A stretch of DNA of 64,000 nt, taken from positions 756-64,755 of the forward strand of contig CALRDW010000004.1 of the NCBI GenBank assembly GCA_943355025.1, in the 5' to 3' direction. Shown here one piece after another: positions 19,861-28,888 of the stretch. Made by a program: the position numbers and the translations under genes. Within the stretch, counting starts at the first letter, position 1, and each line of letters opens with the position of its first letter. The notes beneath the pieces were generated by a model. It saw nothing but the letters and a program-made list of their open reading frames with translations, searched no databases and had not been told where the DNA came from. This DNA comes from Candidatus Magasanikiibacteriota bacterium (GTDB lineage: Bacteria > Patescibacteriota > Patescibacteriia > Magasanikbacterales > 2-02-FULL-50-9b).

Positions 19861-20244
19861 ATGAAGAAATTTTTCACAGCAGCAATGATCGTCGGAACAG
19901 TACTTTTACCAACAGCGTCGGTTTTCGCAGGAAGTCCAAAGGCAGCACCAGTCTACCACGCAACCGTTGATAAATCAGCAGCACTAGGAGCGAAGCAAAA
20001 GCAAGGTGATGCCATGAAAGCACACAAAGCAGCAATGGATGCGGCTCAGGCAACACACAAAGCAGCTCTCGCAGCAGCATCAGACACGTATAAAGCAGCT
20101 TTGAAACAGGCAAAGGCATATAAATCGAAGGATGATGCAAAGGCAGCGCAGGCCGCATTTAAGGATGCAAAAGCTAAGGCTGAGGCAGATTTTGCAGCAG
20201 CAAAAAAAGCAGCGTCAGATACATATAAGGCGGCAAATATGTAA
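19861..20244 (+). CDS. Secreted Ala/Lys-rich helical repeat protein
   Basis: Signal peptide MKKFFTAAMIVGTVLLPTASVFA. The mature part consists of A/K-rich repeats (AHKAAMDAAQATHKAALAAASDTYKAALKQAKAYK...DTYKAANM). Confidence 0.6.
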   Translation: MKKFFTAAMIVGTVLLPTASVFAGSPKAAPVYHATVDKSAALGAKQKQGDAMKAHKAAMDAAQATHKAALAAASDTYKAALKQAKAYKSKDDAKAAQAAFKDAKAKAEADFAAAKKAASDTYKAANM

Positions 20245-20264
20245 TATTTTGGCATCGTGCTTCT

Positions 20265-20293
20265 AAAATCCCCCACTCATGGGGGATTTTTTT
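20265..20293 (+). terminator. Rho-independent terminator
   Basis: Stem aaaatccccc / gggggatttt with loop actcat, followed by a T-tract. Confidence 0.7.
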
Positions 20294-20294
20294 A

Positions 20295-20326
20295 TAAAAA
20301 AACTGCGTGATATTAGTCCCGCAGTT
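20295..20326 (-). terminator. Rho-independent terminator for the convergent minus-strand gene
   Basis: On the minus strand: stem actgcg / cgcagt with a 12-nt loop, followed by TTTTTTAT. Confidence 0.5.
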
Positions 20327-20347
20327 GTGACAAGCCTCATTCTGTAA

Positions 20348-20734
20348 TTAACGGTTTCGTGAAGTCCGAGTAAAGCCGGTTGCTGCAATATTTGGCTTAG
20401 CGACACCAACCGACACCGCTTTTTCATGTTCACCGGCCGCGTTATAATGAATCATGACCCCATTGTCAAAATTTCGACTCACACGACCAGCCGAGTCCTT
20501 CACCCCAAATGGTAGCAAGTGATAGATGCTTCTACGTTCGACGATCGAGCGCTGGACAATAATGGTCCCCTCGCTGTGATCTGTAGGATCACGATAACTT
20601 TCGATGATATTTTCGATCAGCCGTTTTCGACCAGCATAGCTTACGAGCACGGTGGGTTCACAGCGCAGACGTAAAAGCTGAAAATCAGAACGACGCTGGT
20701 AGACGCGGATACTTCGAACATTGACGTCGGACAT
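20348..20734 (-). CDS. Hypothetical protein
   Basis: 128-aa basic protein with no recognisable motif. It has its own terminator hairpin. Confidence 0.4.
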   Translation of the reverse strand: MSDVNVRSIRVYQRRSDFQLLRLRCEPTVLVSYAGRKRLIENIIESYRDPTDHSEGTIIVQRSIVERRSIYHLLPFGVKDSAGRVSRNFDNGVMIHYNAAGEHEKAVSVGVAKPNIAATGFTRTSRNR

Positions 20735-20799
20735 GAGACGCTCCTGAACAGTTGGTAGGTCAAAAAACTATACTCGGTTCTGCAAATAATGTCAATTGT

Positions 20800-21555
20800 C
20801 TAGTTGACAGTAGGCCCGAGGGTGAGCAAGTCACGCACAGTAACGAATGTATAACCTCGCCTCTTTAATTCCGAAAGAATTTGTGGGAGTGCCCGTGCTG
20901 TTGCTGGTGCGTGCATGCCACCCAGATGGAAAACAACGATTGATCCTGGTCGAACTTTGCTCAGCACTGTATGTACAATATATTCTTGATTTTTTGAAAA
21001 AGCATCGCCCGAAATAACATTCCATCCCACAGCATCCATACCCAGTTCATGAACAGCCGCGACGTCGTCTGGAGCACTACAACCACCGGGAAATCTAAAA
21101 TAATGTGGTTTTCGTCCCGTTAGTTCGGTGATAATTTTGTTTGCATGAACAATCTCATCACGCTTATCAGTTGCACGTGGCAAACCATAGCAATGCTGCG
21201 TAAACGCAGCATGGTCGTATGAATGATTCTCGATTTCATAGAGTGGATTTGTTGCGAGTTGCAAAAACCTCGCCGAATAAACCTCAGGCCACATGCCCGT
21301 TGCAAAAACAGTTGATTTAGCGTGTGCCGATTCGAGCGCTGTAAAAACACGCTCATCATACCAGAGCGGGCGCACAGATTTGCTCTGCATTTTTTTCATG
21401 TGAGGCGTCATATCCGCATCAAACGTAAGCGCAACCAATTTCTCGCTCGTATCACCATGAGTAATTATCCCCGCCGCAAAAGTCGGCACCGCCAGCACGG
21501 AGGAACCCATGAGCGCTATACCACATACTATTGCTGCAAAATTAATCATTCGCAT
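20800..21555 (-). CDS. Polysaccharide deacetylase (NodB homology, CE4)
   Basis: LVALTFDADMTPHM (the TFDD motif), HSYDHAAF, and an N-terminal signal/TM segment. Start chosen at MRMINF (21555) so that it abuts the upstream gene without overlap. An alternative start is at 21618. Confidence 0.75.
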   Translation of the reverse strand: MRMINFAAIVCGIALMGSSVLAVPTFAAGIITHGDTSEKLVALTFDADMTPHMKKMQSKSVRPLWYDERVFTALESAHAKSTVFATGMWPEVYSARFLQLATNPLYEIENHSYDHAAFTQHCYGLPRATDKRDEIVHANKIITELTGRKPHYFRFPGGCSAPDDVAAVHELGMDAVGWNVISGDAFSKNQEYIVHTVLSKVRPGSIVVFHLGGMHAPATARALPQILSELKRRGYTFVTVRDLLTLGPTVN

Positions 21556-21568
21556 ACGCTTTAAAATT

Positions 21569-23539
21569 TCAGTAGTGCGGCGCAAGCCACGCAGCAAAAG
21601 CATCAAATGAATAATCACGGCCCAAGAAATTTTTAATCAAATCTGCGGCATCTGCCGAGCCACCCGGCTCCAAAATGATGCGCGCATAGTCCCCGGCTAC
21701 GTTTGTGTTCATCATGCCATGCTCTAAAAATTTAGACAGCAAATCTTTTGCAATGACGAACGACCACATATAGGTATAGTAGATCGCACTATACCCATCG
21801 AGATGGCCAAAGCTTAGCTCCATATAGGTGTCGGGCTCAAACGGAAAGGGGTTGAAACGCTCATAAATTTCATTATACAACGCATGTGGATCGAATTGCG
21901 CGCTTCTGTTATAAAATTCAAGCGAGATATTCGCGAGCATCATCTGGCGGCGAACATGCAGCCCTTTGCCAAATTCGTCGGCAGCGCGCATTTTTTCAAC
22001 AAGAGCGGCTGGAATCGGCTCCTCCGTCTGATAGTGGCGCGCAAATCGCGCAAGCACCTCTGTGTTCCACGCCCATTCTTCAAAAAACTGTGACGGCGCT
22101 TCGACAAAATCCCATTCTGTTGCAACGCCAGAAAAATAAATCCATTTTTGTGCACCGCCTAAAATATGGTGAAGCAAATGGCCAAACTCATGAAAAAAAG
22201 TTGTGACCTGATCATGGTCGAGCAAAGCAACTGTCGTTGATGCGTGAGGATTCGTAAAATTACAAACGAGCACACCTTCAGGAAGCTGCACATCTCGCAC
22301 GCCGCTCCGCAGTGTGAACTGCGCCGCATGTTTGTATTTATTTTCACGCGGGTGCATATCAAGATAAATTCGTCCAAGCGGCACACCACCCCGATCAACG
22401 TCGAAAACCTCTACCGACGAATGCCACACTGGCGCTGCTGTGGCTGCAGTAAAATTTATATTAAAAAGCTCGGCCGCCAAATTCATGAGCCCTTTTTTTA
22501 CTCCTGCATATTCAAAATAAGGTCGTACATCCTGTGAGTTAAACGCAAACTGCTCACGCTTAATTAATTCTTCATAGTATGCTTTTTCCCACGCAAACAC
22601 ATTGCTTGCGTCTGGCTCATCAATCTTTTTTCTTTCCAAAAGTACCTCATAGTCCGCGGCAGCCCGTGGGGCAGAAATTTCCGTGATTTTTTCAAGAAAT
22701 TTATGCGCATTCACTGCCGTTTTAATCATCTTGTCTTCTGTAACATAATCAGCCCAGTGCGCATAACCAAGTAGCTGCGCAAGTTCAAATCTTTTTTTAA
22801 GCATCGAATTCAGAACTTCGCTATTTTTCGGGAATGCACGACGATTAAATTCCCGATACAGTTTTTGACGAGCAATCCCATTATTCGCGTAGACCATAAA
22901 AGGACGCACATCAGGGTAATCCGTCGTGATTTGAATTATACCCGCAGCACTCGGTTTATGCGCCTCGATAAAATCATCAGGCAAACCCGCGAGGTCCCCC
23001 ACATGTAATTCAATTGTGTGCACGTCTTCACGAACATTCCGATCAAAGGCTTGTCCGATTTGCACGAGTTCTGCGCGAAGCTGTTTAATTTTTTCTCGAG
23101 TTTCTGGGTCTGTGCTCGCACCGGAGCGCTTGAAATCAAGCAAAATTTTATTTAGGAGTCGGACCTCTTCTGCATCAAGGCCTTCCGAATCGCAATTTTT
23201 AAAAATCTTATAAAGATCGGGGCTGAGCGAAATCTCTGTCACCAATTCCCCACAATCCTGCTCGTATTTTTCTGCAATTTTTCTTACGCCCTCATTCGGA
23301 TGTACATTACTGAGCAGGCTCGAAGCAGATTGTATAAAATCAATGTGACGAAATAATTCATTATAATGTTCAAGTACGTCGCGCGCTTCGGCATTCGAAT
23401 TACTGCGTAAGGTTTCAAAAATAGATCGCGCACGTTCAAAATGCGGAGCAAATGCAGCTGTGCATTCCTCGGCCGTGCATAATGAAGCTGTGAACTCTAA
23501 CATACCAATAAAGTAGCCTAAAAAGCTGTGAGTAGTCAC
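21569..23539 (-). CDS. M3 family oligoendopeptidase (thimet/oligopeptidase A-like)
   Basis: HEFGHLLHH zinc-binding HExxH and a downstream EAPSQFFE glutamate. 656 aa. Confidence 0.8.
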   Translation of the reverse strand: MTTHSFLGYFIGMLEFTASLCTAEECTAAFAPHFERARSIFETLRSNSNAEARDVLEHYNELFRHIDFIQSASSLLSNVHPNEGVRKIAEKYEQDCGELVTEISLSPDLYKIFKNCDSEGLDAEEVRLLNKILLDFKRSGASTDPETREKIKQLRAELVQIGQAFDRNVREDVHTIELHVGDLAGLPDDFIEAHKPSAAGIIQITTDYPDVRPFMVYANNGIARQKLYREFNRRAFPKNSEVLNSMLKKRFELAQLLGYAHWADYVTEDKMIKTAVNAHKFLEKITEISAPRAAADYEVLLERKKIDEPDASNVFAWEKAYYEELIKREQFAFNSQDVRPYFEYAGVKKGLMNLAAELFNINFTAATAAPVWHSSVEVFDVDRGGVPLGRIYLDMHPRENKYKHAAQFTLRSGVRDVQLPEGVLVCNFTNPHASTTVALLDHDQVTTFFHEFGHLLHHILGGAQKWIYFSGVATEWDFVEAPSQFFEEWAWNTEVLARFARHYQTEEPIPAALVEKMRAADEFGKGLHVRRQMMLANISLEFYNRSAQFDPHALYNEIYERFNPFPFEPDTYMELSFGHLDGYSAIYYTYMWSFVIAKDLLSKFLEHGMMNTNVAGDYARIILEPGGSADAADLIKNFLGRDYSFDAFAAWLAPHY

Positions 23540-23670
23540 AACAGACTACCCCGCTGCAGAATGCGTTGTCAAGCTGAAACCAGCGATAGTTCCACTGCGT
23601 ATACATAGTTGAGGTGATGCTTCTACCGGTCGACAGAGGCAGCATACCAATTACACTTAACTATAAAATT

Positions 23671-24429
23671 ATGAAACATCGAATTGCAACTCTCACATTG
23701 ACTGCGGTAACGCTCCTTGGCTCAACCACAAGCGCCTTTGCTGCTGATTCTGTTCCTGCAGGATCAATGAATACAAGGTGTTCGATTCGAACTGCTGAGG
23801 CAGGCGTGCGAAATGAAAAACATCGCGCAGACGAGGATGCGCGCATGGAAAAAAATCGCGCTAACCAAGGCGCGAAAATGAAAATGCACCAAGAGGAAGC
23901 GGATGCATCACGAAATTCACATCGTCAAGAGAGTGATTTACATAAAGCATTAAAAATGCAAGAACGTGAGATACGCGGCCATAAGTCAGACGCTGTAAAG
24001 GCAGCCATCATTACCTATCAAGCTGCAATCAAAGCAAACACTGCGACAGCACGTACAAGTGTTGACGCTGCAATAAAAACATTCCGTGATTCGACTGCAG
24101 CTGCACTTACAGCGCGTCAGACGGCGGTTGACGCTGCTATTGCAGCGCGTAAACTCGCTGTTGACGCTGCGCTCGCAACCTGGAAAACGCAATGTGCAGG
24201 AACAGCGGACCAAATTAAAGCCGCAAACAAGGCGTATCGTGACGCAGTCACGATAGCAGCCCAGACATATACCGCAGCTGTAAAAATTGCACGAGATGTT
24301 TATGATGCAGCAACTGTGCCAGCAAGAACAACACGTGATACTGCGATACAGGCAGCCTGGACCACGGCTCGTACAGCAAATGAAGCGGCACGTGTAATTC
24401 TTAAGGCAACTCTCGCAGCAGCAAAATAA
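23671..24429 (+). CDS. Secreted Ala-rich helical repeat protein
   Basis: Signal peptide MKHRIATLTLTAVTLLGSTTSAFAA. It contains repeated AxxA/VDAAI units (TAVDAAIAARKLAVDAALA...). Compositionally it is related to the 19861 gene. Confidence 0.6.
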   Translation: MKHRIATLTLTAVTLLGSTTSAFAADSVPAGSMNTRCSIRTAEAGVRNEKHRADEDARMEKNRANQGAKMKMHQEEADASRNSHRQESDLHKALKMQEREIRGHKSDAVKAAIITYQAAIKANTATARTSVDAAIKTFRDSTAAALTARQTAVDAAIAARKLAVDAALATWKTQCAGTADQIKAANKAYRDAVTIAAQTYTAAVKIARDVYDAATVPARTTRDTAIQAAWTTARTANEAARVILKATLAAAK

Positions 24430-24447
24430 GATTCAGTCATAATAAAT

Positions 24448-24474
24448 AAAAGCTCCGACATCCGGGGCTTTTAT
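24448..24474 (+). terminator. Rho-independent terminator
   Basis: aaaagctccg / cggggctttt stem with one G-U pair, then a T-tract. Confidence 0.6.
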
Positions 24475-24521
24475 TTATTATCATCTTGCGAAAATAACAC
24501 GCCTAAGCTATTCTGTTTTAT

Positions 24522-25139
24522 ATGCTTAATTATCGATCCTTTGCTGCCGCGCTTTCACTCATCGTGCTGCTTGGTAGCGGCTGCTCATCTGAAAAGCCGG
24601 CCGCGACCACGGCTCAGAATATTCCTACCAATAAACCATCTATGGAAATGACGATTGATTCCGCAAAATCTTATACAGCGATACTACACACAGAAAAAGG
24701 AGATATTGAAGTAGCGCTCAATTCAAAAAATACGCCGATTACAGTTAATAATTTCGTTTCTCTCGCACGCAAATCATTTTATAATGGCACTATTTTTCAT
24801 AGAACCATTTCAAATTTCATGATCCAGGGTGGCGACCCAACAGGAACGGGCAGCGGCGGGCCGGGTTACAAATTTGATGACGAACCGGTTGTTGGTGAAT
24901 ATTCTCGCGGAACAGTTGCCATGGCAAATGCGGGACCAAATACAAATGGCAGTCAATTTTTCATAATGCACCAGGCCGTAGCACTTCAAAAGAATTACGT
25001 TATCTTTGGTACAGTGACACAAGGGATGGAAGTAGTTGATGCAATCGCAACAGCACCTTCAGAAACAAGCCCAAGCGGAGAAAAATCAAAACCGGTCCAT
25101 CCTGTCAAAATTGTCAGCGTAGACGTTCGGGAAAACTAA
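24522..25139 (+). CDS. Peptidyl-prolyl cis-trans isomerase, cyclophilin type (lipoprotein)
   Basis: Lipobox LLGSGCSS. Cyclophilin motifs FHRTISNFMIQGGDP and GTVAMANAGPNTNGSQFFI. Confidence 0.85.
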   Translation: MLNYRSFAAALSLIVLLGSGCSSEKPAATTAQNIPTNKPSMEMTIDSAKSYTAILHTEKGDIEVALNSKNTPITVNNFVSLARKSFYNGTIFHRTISNFMIQGGDPTGTGSGGPGYKFDDEPVVGEYSRGTVAMANAGPNTNGSQFFIMHQAVALQKNYVIFGTVTQGMEVVDAIATAPSETSPSGEKSKPVHPVKIVSVDVREN

Positions 25140-25162
25140 CCACGCAATCGCTCAGATGTACA

Positions 25163-25195
25163 AAAATACCCCGCAGACTGGCGGGGTATTTTTAA
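25163..25195. terminator. Bidirectional rho-independent terminator
   Basis: aaaataccccgc / gcggggtatttt stem. It is flanked by A-runs on one side and T-runs on the other, and sits between convergent genes. Confidence 0.65.
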
Positions 25196-25209
25196 ATGCT
25201 GCAGGCTAT

Positions 25210-25695
25210 TTATTTAACAGCCTTTTTCTTCTTTGCTGGCTTTGCTACAGCTGGAGCTGGCTCTTCATCAACCGGTGTAATTGTTACAACGGGGCTGACG
25301 AGTTTGAGAATGCGATCAAGCTTGTTATGGATGATTTCAAGCTGAGTTTTAAACTGATCCATGTTTGGAGCAGCTGCTGCTACTGGTGGACGATCGTAGC
25401 TTGGCTTCGAATATGAGCTGCGCTCTGGCCCATCATTGCGTGGCTTATCATCACGAACAAAGCAGTTGCTGCAGAAAACAGGCTTGCTGCCGTTTGGCTT
25501 AAATGGAAGCTGACATTCATTGCCACATTGGCTGCAGCTTGCCTTAAACATTGGACGATCTCCATCATCGCGACGAGGACCTCCGAAACCACCGCGGCCT
25601 GCGCCGTTGCCGCCAAAACTTGGACGGCCACCTCCGTAAGATGGCTTATGAAACGGCTTTGAGCCCGCTCCGCCTCTGTTGTTGAAATTACCCAT
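25210..25695 (-). CDS. Gly/Arg-rich CxxC-x17-CxxC zinc-ribbon protein
   Basis: The N-terminal RGG/Gly-rich region is likely disordered. CSQCGNECQLPFKPNGSKPVFCSNC has exactly CxxC-x17-CxxC spacing. The C-terminus is a Lys-rich tail. Confidence 0.6.
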   Translation of the reverse strand: MGNFNNRGGAGSKPFHKPSYGGGRPSFGGNGAGRGGFGGPRRDDGDRPMFKASCSQCGNECQLPFKPNGSKPVFCSNCFVRDDKPRNDGPERSSYSKPSYDRPPVAAAAPNMDQFKTQLEIIHNKLDRILKLVSPVVTITPVDEEPAPAVAKPAKKKKAVK

Positions 25696-25848
25696 AGATA
25701 TGTGTGTTTTAGTTACTCTTGTACGAATTAGTGACGTGAGCGGTTATTAAGGTAAAAGCATAGCACGACAAACGAAAAAAATCAAGGGGTGGCCCCGAAC
25801 AACCGTATGTGCGCTTGAAAAAGCCCGCGAAACTGCTATGATGCGCGT

Positions 25849-26349
25849 ATGCAAATCCCCTACCGTAAACCACCGAAATTCAGCGAATTCCAGCAGGATC
25901 CACTTCTGACACAACAAAAATTTTTAGAATTACAATCCAAACTTAAACATTTACTCGCGAGCAGACCTCAAGCCGCGGATGAAGTAAATCGACTCGCACA
26001 AAATGGAGATTTCTCTGAAAACGCAGAATATCAGCACGCAAAAGGGCGGCTGCGTGGAATGAATAGCGCGATCTTAAAATTAGAGCATCAGATCAGCCAT
26101 GCCGTCATCATTAAGACGCGGGGAAACGGTACAGTCGAGATTGGAACACGTGTGACAGTTGAGGTGAGTGGCGCACAGCGAACATACCACATACTTGGTT
26201 CCGCAGAAACAAAGCCAGAAAAAGGAATTATTTCTTATACGTCTCCCATTGGTTCCGCGCTGATTGGTCACGCCGTTGGTGATGTAGTCGAAGCCCTGCT
26301 ACCAGTTGGAAAAATAACCTATACGATTCTCACGATCACTGCAGAATAG
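25849..26349 (+). CDS. GreA/GreB family transcription elongation factor (second paralog)
   Basis: QNGDFSENAEYQHAKGRLRGMNSAILKLEHQI plus the C-terminal FKBP-like domain (GSALIGHAVGDVVE). Confidence 0.75.
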   Translation: MQIPYRKPPKFSEFQQDPLLTQQKFLELQSKLKHLLASRPQAADEVNRLAQNGDFSENAEYQHAKGRLRGMNSAILKLEHQISHAVIIKTRGNGTVEIGTRVTVEVSGAQRTYHILGSAETKPEKGIISYTSPIGSALIGHAVGDVVEALLPVGKITYTILTITAE

Positions 26350-26362
26350 TTTGTGCCACGGC

Positions 26363-26959
26363 CTATTTCTGCAGAATTATTTCAACCCACTTTTGCTCGC
26401 GCACATTTGTTATTGTCTGACTCAGTGCTTTGTAGCGCGGGCCTGCCGCAGCCAAAAGATCGTCAGGTGTATATAAATAAAAGTAGCGCTCGCCAAACTC
26501 ATCCTGTTTAGCAATCTCCTGATACGGTCCATATTTTACGGAAATAAAAAATACCCCGCCGGGATTGAGTGCTGTATATGCGCGATCAAAAATAATTTTG
26601 AGAGTTTCGCGTGGTGTATGTAGTAAAGAGGCAAATGCGAAAATCACGTCGATACTGCTCTCGAATTCATACATTTCAGAATCAGCCACACTAAATCGCG
26701 CGTTCGGTACTGCCTCCCTCGCGAGTCTAATCATTTCTGATGAAACATCGATGCCCAAATAATTTTCAGTGTGCTTGATAATCTCGGCCGCGTCGCGACC
26801 ATTACCGCACCCGATTTCAAGAATCTTGGGATTTTTTTTATCTACAAGTGAAAGAACGTGCTCGATGTCTGATACGCGCGTGCCGATTTGATTAAATTTT
26901 TGCGCCATTTCAACTGCCGTTCGATTATATGTTTCGATCGTAATCTTTTTTTTATCCAT
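26363..26959 (-). CDS. Class I SAM-dependent methyltransferase
   Basis: ILEIGCGNGRD is SAM-binding motif I. Confidence 0.7.
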   Translation of the reverse strand: MDKKKITIETYNRTAVEMAQKFNQIGTRVSDIEHVLSLVDKKNPKILEIGCGNGRDAAEIIKHTENYLGIDVSSEMIRLAREAVPNARFSVADSEMYEFESSIDVIFAFASLLHTPRETLKIIFDRAYTALNPGGVFFISVKYGPYQEIAKQDEFGERYFYLYTPDDLLAAAGPRYKALSQTITNVREQKWVEIILQK

Positions 26960-26965
26960 AGTCGT

Positions 26966-27478
26966 TTATCTTTTAAAATCGCCGTCGAAAAAAACCGCTT
27001 CGCCATCAATTGATATTTTTTCAACGTCAATAAAAATGTCAATGTGATATCTGCCCTTACGTCGATGGAGCCCTGGCTTTGCATAAATCGCGTGTTTTTC
27101 GCCAAGTGATAAATGAACACCCTTTTGCCGCTCGAATGCTGTAATGTCGCTTACGAGTTTGTGTTTCCCCATTGCAGCGTTGAGACCAAAACCGAGTTCG
27201 CGTACAAGCACCTCTTCGTCAGCCTTAATAAGCTCAATAATGTGTTTAAACTCTGGCGGCGCATCATCCGGCGCGGTCAAAATCCCCTTCTCAATTGTTA
27301 CACGAAATGGTTTGAGTATTTGAACTTTATGGTCGTCACCAGCAAATCCAAATACCATTGCCTCTCCATTTACGAGCGTGAGATCGCGTGCCTCTGTAAA
27401 TACTTCACCGATTGGAAAGGAGCCACCAACATTTTTCATCTCTGAATAATCACCGATGTTTAATTTTGTCGGCTCCAT
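26966..27478 (-). CDS. Hypothetical protein, possibly the C-terminal part of an M29-like aminopeptidase
   Basis: By recollection, HLSLGEKHA and RYHIDIFIDVEKISIDG resemble the AmpS/AmpT C-terminal metal-binding region (SHIAFG...HVDWMIG). I could not run an alignment. Confidence 0.3.
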   Translation of the reverse strand: MEPTKLNIGDYSEMKNVGGSFPIGEVFTEARDLTLVNGEAMVFGFAGDDHKVQILKPFRVTIEKGILTAPDDAPPEFKHIIELIKADEEVLVRELGFGLNAAMGKHKLVSDITAFERQKGVHLSLGEKHAIYAKPGLHRRKGRYHIDIFIDVEKISIDGEAVFFDGDFKR

Positions 27479-27508
27479 TCCCCCAAAATACGTTAATTTG
27501 GTCCCCGC

Positions 27509-27979
27509 TCATTCAACAATAACTTCTTGAGCCGAATCCAGTTTTGTTTTGAGAGCGTGACCGAGTGGTCGATAATATTGCGCGTCATATTCAAGTGCTT
27601 CAATATATGTTGCAAATTGTTCCTCTGGAATTCTCTCGAGGTGTAAATGCTCGATCGTTTTTAATTCGCGCTTAAAAAGTTCGATGCGCAACCGAAATTC
27701 GTTGAGACGAAAATTAGTTGATTGAACAAGGACAACGAGGTCGCGTGCGCCGAGTGCGTTGATGCGCGCAAGAACTTCGTCAGGTGTAATCGTTTCGAAA
27801 TCTACGAATTCTGCGGTTGGAAGAGCACGCCGATAGCTCTCAGTAATGATGCCTGCGAGCGGCGCTGCTGTATCAAAAATTACCAGCTGCTGTTCGCCAG
27901 GCGTTACGCAGAGTGCATCCCGCAAGGTGTCTGTGATGTTTTTGGTAGCGAGTCCAATAAGTTGGCCACGAGAATCCAT
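27509..27979 (-). CDS. Hypothetical protein, possibly the N-terminal part of an M29-like aminopeptidase
   Basis: It lies 30 nt upstream of the previous ORF on the same strand. The N-terminal region (TPGEQQLVIFDTAAPLAGIITESYRRAL) loosely resembles the M29 N-terminal domain. Confidence 0.3.
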   Translation of the reverse strand: MDSRGQLIGLATKNITDTLRDALCVTPGEQQLVIFDTAAPLAGIITESYRRALPTAEFVDFETITPDEVLARINALGARDLVVLVQSTNFRLNEFRLRIELFKRELKTIEHLHLERIPEEQFATYIEALEYDAQYYRPLGHALKTKLDSAQEVIVE

Positions 27980-28081
27980 AGAAATAAAATTTGTGCGACT
28001 ATAACATTTTTCTGTAATTTATTCAATGATATAAAAAACCCGCTCGTGTGTGGAGTGGGTTACCGAGACTCTTTGTGCGTT

Positions 28082-28762
28082 TCAGCTAAAAAGTGTTTGA
28101 GCTTCAACGAATGTATCAACAACATAATCTGCTCCTGCGTCACGGAGACGCTTTCGCGGAAATGTCGTTGTTATTGCAAGAACTTTGCAGCCTGCCGCCT
28201 TGGCTGAAATTATTCCGTTGTCAGAATCTTCAATGACGAGACATTTCGACGGTTCTGCCCCTAACAGTTTTAGAGTGCGTTGATACGGCTCGGGGTGCGG
28301 CTTTCCGTGCGTAACATCATCGCCTGTTACGACTACTTTAAAGAATGCATCGAGCCTGTAACGATCAAACACTACGCGCTGAATTGCACGATTGTTTGAT
28401 GTTGTCAGTGCAAGAGCCCTGATTTGTGGTAGCTTCCCCAAAAATCGCAAAAAATCAAAGCTGCCGGGAATTGGGTCGAGTCCGCCACGCACCACTTCAC
28501 GCATGTAGTACTCTATTTTTTCACGGATCAATTCATCCACAACAAATCTGCCACCGCCAAATCGTGCGTTGATGTAGCCGAATATGTGTTTGCTGGTGTT
28601 TCCCTTAAATCCGTGCCACACCTCCTCTGGAACGACGATCCTATGAAGCGCACACACATACCGCTCCGCTGCCTCCTGCAGCGCTTCGCTGTCCACAAGA
28701 ACCCCGTCCATATCACTTATAACTTCCGTGATTTCATCCACACTATGCTCCTTTTGTTTCAA
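28082..28762 (-). CDS. HAD-IA family hydrolase (beta-phosphoglucomutase-like)
   Basis: DMDGVLVDSE is motif I. VVTGDDVTHGKPHPEPY and a C-terminal Dx3-4D region are also present. Confidence 0.75.
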   Translation of the reverse strand: MKQKEHSVDEITEVISDMDGVLVDSEALQEAAERYVCALHRIVVPEEVWHGFKGNTSKHIFGYINARFGGGRFVVDELIREKIEYYMREVVRGGLDPIPGSFDFLRFLGKLPQIRALALTTSNNRAIQRVVFDRYRLDAFFKVVVTGDDVTHGKPHPEPYQRTLKLLGAEPSKCLVIEDSDNGIISAKAAGCKVLAITTTFPRKRLRDAGADYVVDTFVEAQTLFS

Positions 28763-28848
28763 AACTCAATTGACCTTAGCACAGCTATCAATTAAGGGTC
28801 AAATCAACAGGCACGTCTGAATTTCTCAGGTCTCACAAAAGAAAACCG

Positions 28849-28878
28849 TTGACACATAATACCCAAATCTGCTATAGT
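28849..28878 (+). promoter_or_regulatory. Promoter of tRNA-Asn
   Basis: TTGACA (28849-54), an 18-nt spacer, then TATAGT (28873-78), about 10 nt before the tRNA 5' end. Confidence 0.5.
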
Positions 28879-28888
28879 AGCGCAGCAT

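Noticed and set aside
25156-25416. 86-aa plus-strand ORF overlapping the CxxC-x17-CxxC gene
   Set aside because: The minus-strand protein has a clear zinc-ribbon architecture, so the plus-strand ORF is antisense.
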